In this document: positions 1 through 10,761 of the stretch, piece after piece
How the letters are laid out: every line of letters begins with the position of its first letter
How positions within the stretch are numbered: position 1 is the first letter of the stretch
From: Acidimicrobiia bacterium
GTDB taxonomy: Bacteria; Actinomycetota; Acidimicrobiia; Spongiisociales; Spongiisociaceae
DNA length: 35,830 nt
NCBI GenBank assembly: GCA_041576165.1
Contig: JBFGLM010000045.1
Location: 1 to 35,830, forward strand
Reading direction: 5' to 3'
Program-made: the position numbers and the translations under genes
The notes under the pieces: generated by a model
The model's input: only the letters and a program-made list of their open reading frames with translations
Databases searched by the model: none
What the model was told of the DNA's origin: nothing

Positions 1-2
1 CC

Positions 3-218
3 AAGCCTCCGACGACGTCGACGACCAAGCCTCCGACGACGTCGACGACCAAGCCTCCGACGACGTCGACGACCAAGCCTCCCACGACGTCGACGACCAA
101 GCCTCCCACGACGTCGACGACCAAGCCTCCCACGACCACGACGACCGAGCCTCCCACGACCACGACGACCGAGCCTCCCACGACCACGACGACGAAGCCT
201 CCCACGACGACTACCGGG
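3..218 (+). repeat. 24-bp coding tandem repeat, about 9 units (consensus aagcctccSacgacgtcgacgacc = KPPTTSTT)
   Basis: Units start at 3, 27, 51, 75, 99, 123, 147, 171 and 195, head to tail with no spacers. The array probably continues upstream of the window. Confidence 0.95.
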
Positions 219-575
219 GCGCCGACCACCACTGAACCGGCTACTACCACGACGGAGACGACCTCAACCACTGAACCGCCCGCCTCGCCGACCACGGCTG
301 GGAATGCGCCGCCGGTTTCGGTCCTGCCGGTGGTCATCAGTCCCGACGCGCCGGACACGCTACCGATGACGGGCATCGACCTGGGCTTCATCGTGGTCGG
401 AGGAATCACATTGGCAGCCGCCGGGGGCGTGGCGCTCCTCTCACGCGATCCGCACGTACCTCATGTTCCCGTCCTGCTGCTCGGGGCTGCAGGCAACCAC
501 GCGCGCCGGACGGTCAGAACCTTCCGCCTATGGTCACGACCCGGGCGACGGCGGCGCCGTCAACCCCCGAGGTGA
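3..575 (+). CDS. C-terminal part of an LPxTG cell-wall-anchored surface protein with a Thr/Pro-rich stalk (5'-truncated by the window)
   Basis: Frame is open from nt 3 to TGA 573-575 and matches the frame of ORF 330..575. It encodes (K/E)PPTT(S/T)TT repeats, a T/P/E linker, LPMTG (360-374), a hydrophobic helix (LGFIVVGGITLAAAGGVALLS) and an Arg-rich tail. Confidence 0.8.
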   Translation, partial: KPPTTSTTKPPTTSTTKPPTTSTTKPPTTSTTKPPTTSTTKPPTTTTTEPPTTTTTEPPTTTTTKPPTTTTGAPTTTEPATTTTETTSTTEPPASPTTAGNAPPVSVLPVVISPDAPDTLPMTGIDLGFIVVGGITLAAAGGVALLSRDPHVPHVPVLLLGAAGNHARRTVRTFRLWSRPGRRRRRQPPR

Positions 576-1771
576 GGCGTATCGCGATTGAGGAACTCGG
601 TAGCGACGGCTGCATGAACCGCCACGCCGATTGCCATCGCATCCTCGTCGAACACGACCCGATTTGAGTGGTTGTTGGGCGCTGTCCCAGGTTCCAGATC
701 CGGGGGACACGCACCGAGGAATGCCATAGCGCCGGGCACCTGCTGCAGCACGTAGCTCCAATCCTCCGCGCCCATGAGTGGATCGGGCATCGGATTCACC
801 GATTCTGCACCGACAACACGGACGCACGCTCCAGACACGAAGGAAGAAAAGTCCGCATCGTTGACAGTCACCGGATACCCAGGCCGGACCCGCAGTTCCG
901 CGTGCACGTCGTGGGCTGCTGCGACGTTGCTGGCGACACGCTCCAGCGTTTCATGGGCCGTCCGGCGGCTCTTCTCGGAGAGCGCTCGGATGGTTCCGCG
1001 CAGGCCCGCCGTCTCCGGAATCACATTGTGGGTTGTCCCTGCTGCGACCTGCGCGAACGTGATCACCACCGGTTCGAAGACACTGAACCGGCGGGTGACC
1101 GCGGCCTGGACCGCCAGGATGATCTCGGCGGCCACCGGTACTGGATCGACTGCGGAGTGGGGAGCGGAGGCGTGGCCACCGCGGCCGGTGAGGCTGATCT
1201 CGAACTCGTCGGCCGACGCAAGCTGCGGGCCGGGCCGGTGATTCACGGTGCCGCTGGCAAACATGGTTGTGACGTGCAGGGCAAATGCGCCGCTCGGCGC
1301 CGGATCGGTCTCCAGGACCCCTTCTTCCAGCATGTGCCGGGCGCCGTGATGGCCCTCCTCGCCCGGCTGGAACATGAACACCACGGTGCCGCCGAGTGCG
1401 GCGCGACGGTTCGACAGGAGCCGCGCCGCCGAGGCCAGCATCGCAGTGTGCAGGTCATGACCGCACCCGTGCATCATGTCGAGCTTCTGGCTGGCGAATT
1501 CCAGTCCGGTGTCCTCTGGCATCGGCAGCGCGTCCATGTCACCTCGGAGGATGATCGCCGGACCCGGGCTGGCGCCCTTCAGGATGGCGACGATCCCGCT
1601 GGTCTTCTCGTGCAGCGTGATGTCAAGGGGTAGACCGGCGAGGGCGGCGAGCACCCGGCGGCGAGTATCCGGCAGGTGGTTTCCGACCTCGGGCGACGCA
1701 TGCAGTGCGCGACGTAGTGCCACCGTGTCTGATTGGAGATCGAGCGCAGCCGCTAGGAGTTCGTGTGCCAT
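560..1771 (-). CDS. M20 family amidohydrolase (hippurate hydrolase / IAA-amino acid hydrolase-like)
   Basis: Motifs LRRALHASPE, LRGDMDALP, MHGCGHDLH, FQPGEEG, GRGGHAS, GAEDWS, HS..VVFDE. Confidence 0.93.
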   Translation of the reverse strand: MAHELLAAALDLQSDTVALRRALHASPEVGNHLPDTRRRVLAALAGLPLDITLHEKTSGIVAILKGASPGPAIILRGDMDALPMPEDTGLEFASQKLDMMHGCGHDLHTAMLASAARLLSNRRAALGGTVVFMFQPGEEGHHGARHMLEEGVLETDPAPSGAFALHVTTMFASGTVNHRPGPQLASADEFEISLTGRGGHASAPHSAVDPVPVAAEIILAVQAAVTRRFSVFEPVVITFAQVAAGTTHNVIPETAGLRGTIRALSEKSRRTAHETLERVASNVAAAHDVHAELRVRPGYPVTVNDADFSSFVSGACVRVVGAESVNPMPDPLMGAEDWSYVLQQVPGAMAFLGACPPDLEPGTAPNNHSNRVVFDEDAMAIGVAVHAAVATEFLNRDTPHLGG

Positions 1772-1831
1772 TTCGCGATGCTAGAGCGACGTGTGGTGCG
1801 ACCGGCTGCGGTGTGTGGCTCGTGGGGCTCT

Positions 1832-2626
1832 TCAGGCCATGCCAGCGAGGTCCGACTCACGTTCCGGCGGGCGCATGTCCACCCGAATGAACCATTCGGT
1901 TCCCATCAACGCTGCGAACGCCTCGTCGGGCATCATCAAGAAGATCGACGTGTCCGACACCTGGCTGGCATGGCAGCGGATGCTCTCGCGTTTCACCCCG
2001 AGATATGCGGAGACGTCGATGGCTGTGGTGATCTCGGCATCCGGGGTTCCGAAGGGGTTTCCGTCGTCGGCGGGCCCGTCCGGGTCGAAATCATCTCCCT
2101 CGAGTCCGGCGGCCCGGCCCATCTCGGCCACGGCCCGGATCACGTCACGGTTGGTTGTCGCCTCGTATACGTAGGGCGTCCCAGCAAGTTCGGCCGCCCG
2201 ACGTCCGACGTGGTGAACCTTGACGTGGTCGGGGTGGCCATAGTTGCCGTGCCAGTCATAGAGCGTCAGCACCGTCGCCTGCTCCGCCTCCAAGATATCA
2301 GCGAGTGTCCGGGCGGCCCTGTCGGTGTCGACCGACATGAAGGCGTCGAGGTGGCGGTTGTCGTCCCATCCCGTCATCCCGGAATCTCGGTAGCCGAGCC
2401 AGACAATTCTGGCGACCCCGAGTGCGGCGGCCGAACACTCGGTTTCTCTGCGGCGTCGCAGCTCGAGGGATTCGTCGCCCAGATCGTCGGGGACCTCGCC
2501 GACCTCACCATTGGTGGCTATGACGACCACGACCCGGTGGCCTTTCGCCGCGTATTTGGCCATCGTGCCGCCGGTTGTCAGGGCTTCATCATCCGGATGA
2601 GCGTGAAAACACACCAGGGTGGCCAT
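1832..2626 (-). CDS. PIG-L/LmbE family Zn-dependent deacetylase (MshB/Mca-like)
   Basis: Motifs HAHPDDE, T.GE.G, LGYRDSGM.G, YGHPDH and K..SI.CH.SQ. Confidence 0.9.
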   Translation of the reverse strand: MATLVCFHAHPDDEALTTGGTMAKYAAKGHRVVVVIATNGEVGEVPDDLGDESLELRRRRETECSAAALGVARIVWLGYRDSGMTGWDDNRHLDAFMSVDTDRAARTLADILEAEQATVLTLYDWHGNYGHPDHVKVHHVGRRAAELAGTPYVYEATTNRDVIRAVAEMGRAAGLEGDDFDPDGPADDGNPFGTPDAEITTAIDVSAYLGVKRESIRCHASQVSDTSIFLMMPDEAFAALMGTEWFIRVDMRPPERESDLAGMA

Positions 2627-2720
2627 GCCACCGCAAACTAGTCGGATGCGCCCTGAGTCGGCCGTGGCCCATTGAGCGGAAGCGGCGGACGGTGGGGCGA
2701 CTCACCCGCCGGTGGTCGGA

Positions 2721-3215
2721 TCAAGCTTCGCTGGACTGACGTGCTTCCTCGAGCTGCCGAGCACTCTCGACCCAGTTGTCGCGGCGGATCCTGCCGGCGA
2801 GGGAGCCGAGGGCGGCTCCAACGAGTTCGATGTCTTCTTCGGTGAATGCCGCGATCTGTTCGAAGCTGGTGACACCCATCTCGTAGAGCAGATTGCTGAT
2901 CACCGGCCCGATGCCGCGCACCTGGGTCAGGTCGTCGCTCGATGCGGGCAATGCCCTCCGCTGCATTCGTTCGAGTACGGCGGCCCGTGCAGCTTTGAGC
3001 GTGGCGTGCTCCTCAGCTTCGATCGCGCCCAGGTCGACCTGCTCGGGGGCCGTAATCGGCGGGTAGTGAGAATTCGGCGATGTGGGGAACCGGTGGAGCG
3101 GTCCCCAGCCATCCGATCCAAATCTGCGGGAGCGCTGGAGGAACCATCCGGCCAGGAATCCGAGCGTGGCTCCCAGCCCGATGAATAGCACAATCTCAAT
3201 CATGGTGTAGATCAT
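2721..3215 (-). CDS. Membrane-anchored protein with C-terminal helix-hairpin-helix domain (COG3743-like)
   Basis: N-terminal TM segment IEIVLFIGLGATLGFLAGWFL; C-terminal DDLTQVRGIGP..SNLLYEMGVTSFEQIA...GRIRRDNWVESA. ATG 3215 overlaps the upstream TGA (TGATG), with GGAG upstream. Confidence 0.8.
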   Translation of the reverse strand: MIYTMIEIVLFIGLGATLGFLAGWFLQRSRRFGSDGWGPLHRFPTSPNSHYPPITAPEQVDLGAIEAEEHATLKAARAAVLERMQRRALPASSDDLTQVRGIGPVISNLLYEMGVTSFEQIAAFTEEDIELVGAALGSLAGRIRRDNWVESARQLEEARQSSEA

Positions 3216-4666
3216 CAATTATCTCCCAGCATCGGCGCAAATTCGATCTGGCCATGTCGAGCTCCCCCCGGCCTCGACCTGGCAGCGTCGGCCAAGCCCA
3301 CAATGCGAACTGGATCGGCGTCGATCCCGAAAGCTGCAAGTGCTTCGAGCAGCGCCCCGCCCCGCTCATGGGCGAACTCGTGTGTCTCGGCCGGTGACAT
3401 CTGCCAATCGGCGTGAACCGTCATCGTCAGCATGGCCCCGTCGCATTTCCCCACATCGACGGCCAAGTCCTTCAGTGTGGCCTTCGCCCTGGGTTCGTTG
3501 GCGACAACCTTGCCATCCGGACCAAACAGGTGTTGGCTGAGGTTTGGTCGACCCAGCGAATCAGCAGTGCAATGGCCCTCGGCATACGTGCCGTCCGCCG
3601 TCAGCCGGTCGATCACTTCGAAGCCGGCCTTTTGCAGAGCTGTGACGGCCCAGGTCCTGGCGTTCTCCGTCACGACCGACCCCGCCAGCTCGGCGCCCTC
3701 GGCTGTGACCGTAAGGGTGTACGTGCCGCTTCGGGGAACGTAGGAGAAGGGGATGGACGCAACCCACTGGGCCCGCGGAGCCCCGGTCTCGAGCTCGTTG
3801 GTCGCGGCACCGAAGACCGCTTCAAGCTGTTTGTGCAACTGGGTGGCCGCCTCCCGGCCTGCCACCCTTCCGCGCACCGTGGCCTCGCCTTTCACAACGT
3901 CCAGGGTCACCACTGGACCGGCAGCCTCGACCACGTCGTACGTCCCGGATACCTCGACGACCGTCCCGACTATGTCGCGAAGCCGGCGCTGCAGCTGCTC
4001 GCCGTCGGCGGGGTCGGTGACGCGGCCCTCGTACTCGAGTCGTTCCTCGTTGATGCGGACCGTCACGTCGTCGAACTCCTGCAGAACCCCGAGCGTGGTC
4101 GTCACCATTTCGATCCACTCCGGTGCAACAGGATCGGGTTGGGCCGGCTGGATGCGATTCTCGACGTTGCCGAACAAAGACGCCGCTTCGTCGCTGATCA
4201 GCCCCGCCAACGCGTCGTCCGCCGTACCGCGGAGAACCAACAAACCACCGTTGTTGGTGAGTATGAGCCGCGTGATGTCGTGGGGATCCCTCTCGGGCCT
4301 GGTGGTCGCTGGCGTTGGCGCCGCGACCTCCCGTGGACTCTCCCGCGAGACTCCCGCATCGAGCACCATGATCATCCCCGACACGTTCCGCACCCCTGGC
4401 ACTGCTGCGATCACCGATGCGACCTCACCCACGCGCACCCCTTCTGGAGCAGAACCCGCCACTCGGGCGTCGCGCCCGTCGAACTCGACGTCGATCTCCG
4501 TCCAGCCGCGCCGATCCAATTCGGCCTGGACAGCCGCGGCGCGGGACTGTTCGATGCGTGGAAGGCCCCACACAACGGCAGCCGCCATGGTCACGAGCAC
4601 CCCACCCATGAAGGCGAGCCCCACGCGGCGCGGCCGTGACCGCTGTTGTTCCCTGGCGATAGTCAC
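3215..4666 (-). CDS. BON-domain protein with degenerate C-terminal OmpA-like domain (ArfA/Rv0899-like architecture)
   Basis: N-terminal TM helix; BON signature VEFDGRDARVAG...IAAVPGVRNV; further BON-like repeats (LVLRG, VTLDV..GEATVRGRV, AELAGSV); C-terminal VHAD...ERGGALLEALAAFGID..VRIVG. Start GTG 4666 chosen over the track's 4786; ATG 4609 is also possible. Confidence 0.7.
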   Translation of the reverse strand: MTIAREQQRSRPRRVGLAFMGGVLVTMAAAVVWGLPRIEQSRAAAVQAELDRRGWTEIDVEFDGRDARVAGSAPEGVRVGEVASVIAAVPGVRNVSGMIMVLDAGVSRESPREVAAPTPATTRPERDPHDITRLILTNNGGLLVLRGTADDALAGLISDEAASLFGNVENRIQPAQPDPVAPEWIEMVTTTLGVLQEFDDVTVRINEERLEYEGRVTDPADGEQLQRRLRDIVGTVVEVSGTYDVVEAAGPVVTLDVVKGEATVRGRVAGREAATQLHKQLEAVFGAATNELETGAPRAQWVASIPFSYVPRSGTYTLTVTAEGAELAGSVVTENARTWAVTALQKAGFEVIDRLTADGTYAEGHCTADSLGRPNLSQHLFGPDGKVVANEPRAKATLKDLAVDVGKCDGAMLTMTVHADWQMSPAETHEFAHERGGALLEALAAFGIDADPVRIVGLADAARSRPGGARHGQIEFAPMLGDN

Positions 4667-4828
4667 GTAACCAGCCCTGTCCTTTGTCCCCGCACACCGC
4701 CCTCGAACCCCCCTTCGAGAAACGACGCAAACATGACAATACCGGGTGCTGGGCTGTAAGAGAGGGTCTTCATATCCGGTACCCACGGGGAAGCAACGGG
4801 CCGCGAACCGGCCTATGCGGCGTCCGGG

Positions 4829-5656
4829 TCAGGGGGCGGCCGTGATCAGCGCGATCGCGGTCAGGGCCAGCGCTCCGCCCATGACATGATGGCGGCGTAC
4901 CTCCTCGCCATCGAGCAGAACCGCCAGGACCACTGTGGGTGCGGGGTACAGCGAAGCGATGACCGACGACAGCGAAACGAGACCCGACCGGGCCGCGAGC
5001 AGAAAGAACGACACGGCCGCGACGTTCAAGGCGCCCGCACCCACGGCGGGACGGCGGGTGGACGGTGGTAGCCGCCACCCGAGATCGCGGGCCCGCAGGA
5101 TCGCTCCCATCAGCACGATGGCTCCGGCATGCGACGCAGCGATCGGCCACAGCGCAGAGCCCTCCGGAGTCCAGGACAGCACCACGAACTGCAAACCGAA
5201 TGAAATGCCGGCCATGACCCCGTACCGTGCTCCCGGCCCGAATGCGCGCCCCTGTGTCGAGAGCAGCCAGATGGCAGGCAGAGCCAGCGCGACGCCCAAC
5301 CACGCCAGTGCCGCAGGCCGCTCACCTTGCAGGGTGCCGATGACGACCGGCACCGATGCACCGAGCACGCCGGCCAACGGCGCTACCACCGCGGCGCGAG
5401 CGGTTGCCAGGCCCTGATACAACGACATCGCTCCAACGGCCCCGAGGCAGCCTGCCACCACCCCCCAACCGAGGGCCCGCAATGGTTCTTCCGGTGATCC
5501 CGATGCGATTGATATGGGCACCATGGCGGTGACGGCCACGACCGATCCCCATGCGGTCACTGCCGGGGCCGCCGCCCGGCGGGTGGCCCGCCCGCCGACG
5601 TACGAACCGATACCCCAGCACAGCGCCGCCAGCAGCGCCAGACCGATTGCGCTCAT
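4829..5656 (-). CDS. EamA/DMT superfamily transporter
   Basis: About 10 hydrophobic segments in two repeats; motifs ALLAALCWG, VVAPLA, GERP, SLYPA.TV.LA...DGE. Confidence 0.88.
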   Translation of the reverse strand: MSAIGLALLAALCWGIGSYVGGRATRRAAAPAVTAWGSVVAVTAMVPISIASGSPEEPLRALGWGVVAGCLGAVGAMSLYQGLATARAAVVAPLAGVLGASVPVVIGTLQGERPAALAWLGVALALPAIWLLSTQGRAFGPGARYGVMAGISFGLQFVVLSWTPEGSALWPIAASHAGAIVLMGAILRARDLGWRLPPSTRRPAVGAGALNVAAVSFFLLAARSGLVSLSSVIASLYPAPTVVLAVLLDGEEVRRHHVMGGALALTAIALITAAP

Positions 5657-5657
5657 G

Positions 5658-6584
5658 TCATGGGCGTCGCAGGCGAATGCGCTCGACCGAGTGGTCGGGG
5701 CGCTTTTCGAGGATCAGGGTGGCTCGCTCCCTGGTATGAAGGATGTTCTCGGACAAGTTGCGTTCGTTGATCTCTCTCCAGATGCGGCGTCCCTCAGCCG
5801 TCGCCTCCTCGTCGGTGAGGGTGGCGTATCGGTGAAAGTACGACTTGGGGTCGCGAAACGCGGTGTCGCGCAGTGTCAGGAAACGCTCCACATACCAGCG
5901 CTCGATGGCGTCGACTGCTGCATCGACGTAGATCGAAAAGTCGAAATAATCGGACACGTGCGTCCCGGTGTCGCCGCCTTGGAGCACGTTGAGGCCTTCC
6001 ACGATGACTATGTCGGCCTCCTGTACCACTCTCTCCTCGCCGAGCACGATGTCGTAGGCCATGTGGGAATAAACCGGGGCCCGGACGTCCTGACCTGCCT
6101 TCAAATCACACACGAACTGGAGCAGCCGGCGCCGGTCGTACGATTCCGGAAATCCCTTCCGGTGCATGAGGCCCCGTTCCTCGAGGACCGAGTTGGGGAA
6201 CAGGAAGCCGTCGGTGGTGACCAGCTCCACGCGAGGATGATCGGGCCAGTGCGCCAGCAAGTGTTGCAGGATACGGGCGATGGTCGACTTGCCGACCGCC
6301 ACCGATCCGGCGATGCCGATGACGTACGGCACTTGTTCTGAAGGTTTTCCCAGGAAGGTGTCGGTTACGCTGAAGAGCTGCTGCGAGGCGCGGACGTACA
6401 GGTTCAGCAGCCGGGATAGCGGCAAGAAGATCGCCTCGACTTCCTCAACGCTCAGGGCCACGTTGATGCCGCGCAGCTTTTCGACATCGCTTTCAGTGAG
6501 CGTCATCGGAGTGGAAGCTCGCAGCCGCGCCCACTCGTCGCGTGCAAACTCCAAGTATGGGGAAGTGAAGGGCTCCGCTGCCAT
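5658..6584 (-). CDS. coaA: Type I pantothenate kinase
   Basis: Motifs [75 protein letters not shown]. Confidence 0.97.
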   Translation of the reverse strand: MAAEPFTSPYLEFARDEWARLRASTPMTLTESDVEKLRGINVALSVEEVEAIFLPLSRLLNLYVRASQQLFSVTDTFLGKPSEQVPYVIGIAGSVAVGKSTIARILQHLLAHWPDHPRVELVTTDGFLFPNSVLEERGLMHRKGFPESYDRRRLLQFVCDLKAGQDVRAPVYSHMAYDIVLGEERVVQEADIVIVEGLNVLQGGDTGTHVSDYFDFSIYVDAAVDAIERWYVERFLTLRDTAFRDPKSYFHRYATLTDEEATAEGRRIWREINERNLSENILHTRERATLILEKRPDHSVERIRLRRP

Positions 6585-6641
6585 GTCCCTGGAGAGGTTA
6601 GACGGGGGCAGTTTCCATCTGCCCTCCGCCGGGAGACGGCC

Positions 6642-7715
6642 TCAGGGTCGAATTATCATTCCCTTCGCCGGGCTGACCTCGCCCCGCGCGAATCTGCGGT
6701 AGGTGTCCTCGAGGGCCTCGACTCCGTTGAGCTCGATGATCTGGTACCAGTCGCGGCTGACTGCCCGAAAAGCCTGCCAGGCATCAACGTACGTCTTCCA
6801 GAAGGTGGGAGTGCCGTGTGCTTCCAGCATGCGGATGTACTGGGCAGGGGCGAAGAAGACTTCGGGGGCGACTCCTTGCCAGTCGGATGGAGCGTGTTGC
6901 GCCTTCCAATCGGCTACTCCGACCGCGCAGTCGTAGGCGAGGTTGGTCGCCAGATGGCGACGCAGTGACTCGCGGAGCGGGCCGCTGCCGGAGAAATCGA
7001 CGTAGATCGTCGGAACCTGTGGCACGTCCTCGATACGGTCGGGGGTGAGCACCTGATCGAAGAGGTCGAGCGATTCGACGAACGCCACGTTGGCGGGGGA
7101 GGTCACGCCGATCGCCCTCATGTTGTCCCGCTGCGTCAGCCGCTGCGCAAGTATCGAGGCAGTCTTGGACGAGGCGCTCGAGACAACGATCTGGGTGGCG
7201 CCGAAATGATTCTCTTCGGCCAGGAAGATGTCGAGCACCAACGCCGTCAGGAACAAGGGCCTGAACAGCGCGATCCGGGGTTCGTCGTATTCGTCGTAGG
7301 TTTCGTCTCGGGCAACTCGGGAATACGAGTTGTACGCCGCGGGCAGGGTCCGGCGGTGCTCAAATCCGTCGAAGAAGGTTCGTTCGGTCACCCGCTCCGG
7401 GCGTAGTGTGACATGCGTTGACATCGGCCAGAAGCCGTAGAGACGTTCTTGTGGCTCCACGTGCGGCGCATGCGAGATGATTACGTCGCCGAATCCCCAC
7501 ACGGGGACCCGGCCCCAGCCGGGTGGTGCCGGGAAGAACTCGAAATAGGGGATGCGGTCGGCCACAACGGCGTACGTGACGTTGTTCGAGGTCAGCGCCA
7601 CCCGGTTGACCCGAACCAGTACCTCTCCCATCGCCGGTTCGAGCATGGGAGTTTGGTCGATCCTGGTTTGGGAGATGTCGGTCCGGTCCACGAGCACGTG
7701 GAGCGCATCGGCCAT
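6642..7715 (-). CDS. DUF2855 family protein (MDR-like fold, function unknown)
   Basis: Motifs ALTSNNVTYA, GRVPVWGF, GFWPMS, LFRPLF.T, SSASSKTA, FFAP. Confidence 0.8.
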   Translation of the reverse strand: MADALHVLVDRTDISQTRIDQTPMLEPAMGEVLVRVNRVALTSNNVTYAVVADRIPYFEFFPAPPGWGRVPVWGFGDVIISHAPHVEPQERLYGFWPMSTHVTLRPERVTERTFFDGFEHRRTLPAAYNSYSRVARDETYDEYDEPRIALFRPLFLTALVLDIFLAEENHFGATQIVVSSASSKTASILAQRLTQRDNMRAIGVTSPANVAFVESLDLFDQVLTPDRIEDVPQVPTIYVDFSGSGPLRESLRRHLATNLAYDCAVGVADWKAQHAPSDWQGVAPEVFFAPAQYIRMLEAHGTPTFWKTYVDAWQAFRAVSRDWYQIIELNGVEALEDTYRRFARGEVSPAKGMIIRP

Positions 7716-7736
7716 CGCGCCAGAGTAACGCCCAAT

Positions 7737-8660
7737 TCAGTATCCCGATTCCACGTCTACGACTCCGCGAAGTGGAGATCCTGCCCGCCATCGTTCGAGG
7801 TTGTCCAGGAACAGGTCGACGATGTCGCCGGGCCGGGTCGATGCGGCCGTGTGCGACGTGATGATGAGGTTGGGGACTTGCCACAGAGGCGAATCGGCGT
7901 CCAGCGGCTCCTCCTCGAACACATCGAGGACGGACAGCACCAGCCGGCCGGAGGTGAGCGCCTCGACGACTGCGTTGGGATCGACGGTGGCGCCTCGGCC
8001 GACATTGATGAACGTGGCACCCTGCTGCAGATTCTCGAGCACTGCTCGGTTGACGAGGCGGCGTGTCTGCTCGGTAGCCGGCAGGGCGGCGACCAGATGG
8101 TCGAGGCCGTTCGCGAAGTGCTCCGCGGCAGTCACCGGAAACACGCGATCGAAGGGAGCCCGGGAGTCGCCGGTTCGGGACAGGCCGACGACGTTCAAGC
8201 CGAGGTGTTGGGCCGTTTCGGCGATCGCGCGACCGATGGACCCGGTGCCCATGATGCCCATTCGAGCCCCTACCAGGAGTGTGGGAAGCGTGGGATCCCA
8301 TGATCGAGATTGCGAACGTTCCGTCACTCGCTGGGCCCAGGCGAGCAGGTGACCAAACACGAACTCGCGCATGGCCGGCCCGAAGACATCTGTGGCTTTG
8401 GTGATGGTCAGCGACTCGGGCGGGTTGGCATTCAGCACCGGCTCGACTCCGGCCCAGGTGGACTGAAACCACCTCAGCTCGGGCAAGTCAGGCATCGCCT
8501 CGGCCGCCAGGTCCGGGCGGCCAACGAGGATTCGGACCGGATCACTTTCCAGGCGGATGTCGGCCGGACTGCCGAACCCGAGCGCATCCACGCCGGCTGC
8601 GGCGAGACCCATCGTGTAGTCCGACCACTCAGGGTCCAAGACGGCGATCAGGTCGCTCAT
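7737..8660 (-). CDS. D-2-hydroxyacid dehydrogenase (NAD(P)-dependent)
   Basis: Motifs WFQSTWAGVE, GIMGTGSIG, LPAT..T, FINVGRG, LDVFEEEPL...SPLW, ITSHTA. Confidence 0.92.
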   Translation of the reverse strand: MSDLIAVLDPEWSDYTMGLAAAGVDALGFGSPADIRLESDPVRILVGRPDLAAEAMPDLPELRWFQSTWAGVEPVLNANPPESLTITKATDVFGPAMREFVFGHLLAWAQRVTERSQSRSWDPTLPTLLVGARMGIMGTGSIGRAIAETAQHLGLNVVGLSRTGDSRAPFDRVFPVTAAEHFANGLDHLVAALPATEQTRRLVNRAVLENLQQGATFINVGRGATVDPNAVVEALTSGRLVLSVLDVFEEEPLDADSPLWQVPNLIITSHTAASTRPGDIVDLFLDNLERWRAGSPLRGVVDVESGY

Positions 8661-8870
8661 CTGCGGCGCCAGGAACCGCCCGCCGGGGAGACAGGGCGAT
8701 TACGAGATGTCTGATTCGGGCAGTCGGCCATGCGCCGCGGCAGCCTAGGCCTCCGACTCCAGCGCCGGGTCGAGTGGCGGCCGGCGAGCCGGTGCGGCCA
8801 CGACGGGCCGGCGAATGCCGTGATCCTGTGGTGGCTCGGCGGGGGTAGTGTTGCGGGCTGGCGAAAGGCG

Positions 8871-9856
<986 letters not shown>

Positions 9857-9860
<4 letters not shown>

Positions 9861-10660
9861 CGGAACTCCTGCACGCGATCAGCGACGGCGCAGTGATTGC
9901 CAAGCGCAACGTCATCAAGATCAAGCGGGTGCCCGAGGTTCTCGTCTTCGTCCTTTTGTCGCCGATCATGTTCGTGCTGCTGTTCGCCTACGTATTTGGC
10001 AGCTCGATCAACGTGCCGGGAGGCTCCTATCGCGAGTTCCTGATCGCTGGCATCTTCGCCCAGACAGTCGTCTTCGGTGCGACCTTCACCGGCGCAGGGC
10101 TGGCCGAGGACATGCAAAAAGGCATCATCGATCGCTTCCGATCGTTGCCCATGTCGCAAGCGGCAGTACTGGTGGGGCGCACCGCCAGTGACGTCGTCTA
10201 CAACGTGCTGTCCGTGCTGATCATGGCGCTCACCGGCCTGCTGGTGGGCTGGCGCATCCACACTGGGCCGGTCGACGCGGTGATCGGCTTCAGTCTGCTG
10301 CTGCTGTTCGCCTACGCCTTCTCATGGGTGATGGCCTACGTCGGGTTGCTCGTCCCCAGCCCCGAGGTGATCAACAACGCTTCGTTCATGGTGATACTTC
10401 CGCTGACGTTCATCGCGAACACCTTCGTGCCCGCCGAGAACCTGCCCGGTCCGCTCCAGGTGTTCGCAGAATGGAACCCGGTCTCAGCGGTGACGCAGGC
10501 GGCCCGGGATCTGTTCGGGAACATCCCGCCCGGGACGCCGGAGCCGACCGCGTGGCCACTGCAAAACCCGGTCGCCTACACCCTGATCTGGGTGGTGATC
10601 ATCATCGCGATCTTCGCCCCGCTGTCGGTGGCTCGCTACCGCAAGACGAAGAGCCGCTGA
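9857..10660 (+). CDS. ABC-2 type permease (DrrB family)
   Basis: GTG 9857 overlaps the ATPase stop (GTGA). Motifs PIMFVLLFAYVFG, GIIDRFRSLP, WNPVS; six TM segments. Confidence 0.93.
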
Positions 10661-10761
10661 GCTGCGGCCGCTGCTTCAGTCTGGGGAATCCTGCACGGCC
10701 CGGGCGATGATCATCGTGAGCCGACGGACTGGACGACGTGGGGTTGGCCCCCGAGCTTCGA

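Noticed and set aside
3-218. 24-bp direct repeats resembling a CRISPR array
   Set aside because: Units are contiguous with no unique spacers, the length is a multiple of 3 and in frame with an LPxTG protein, and there are no cas genes.
1832-2626. Assigning the symbol mshB or mca
   Set aside because: The family is clear, but paralogues cannot be separated by eye.
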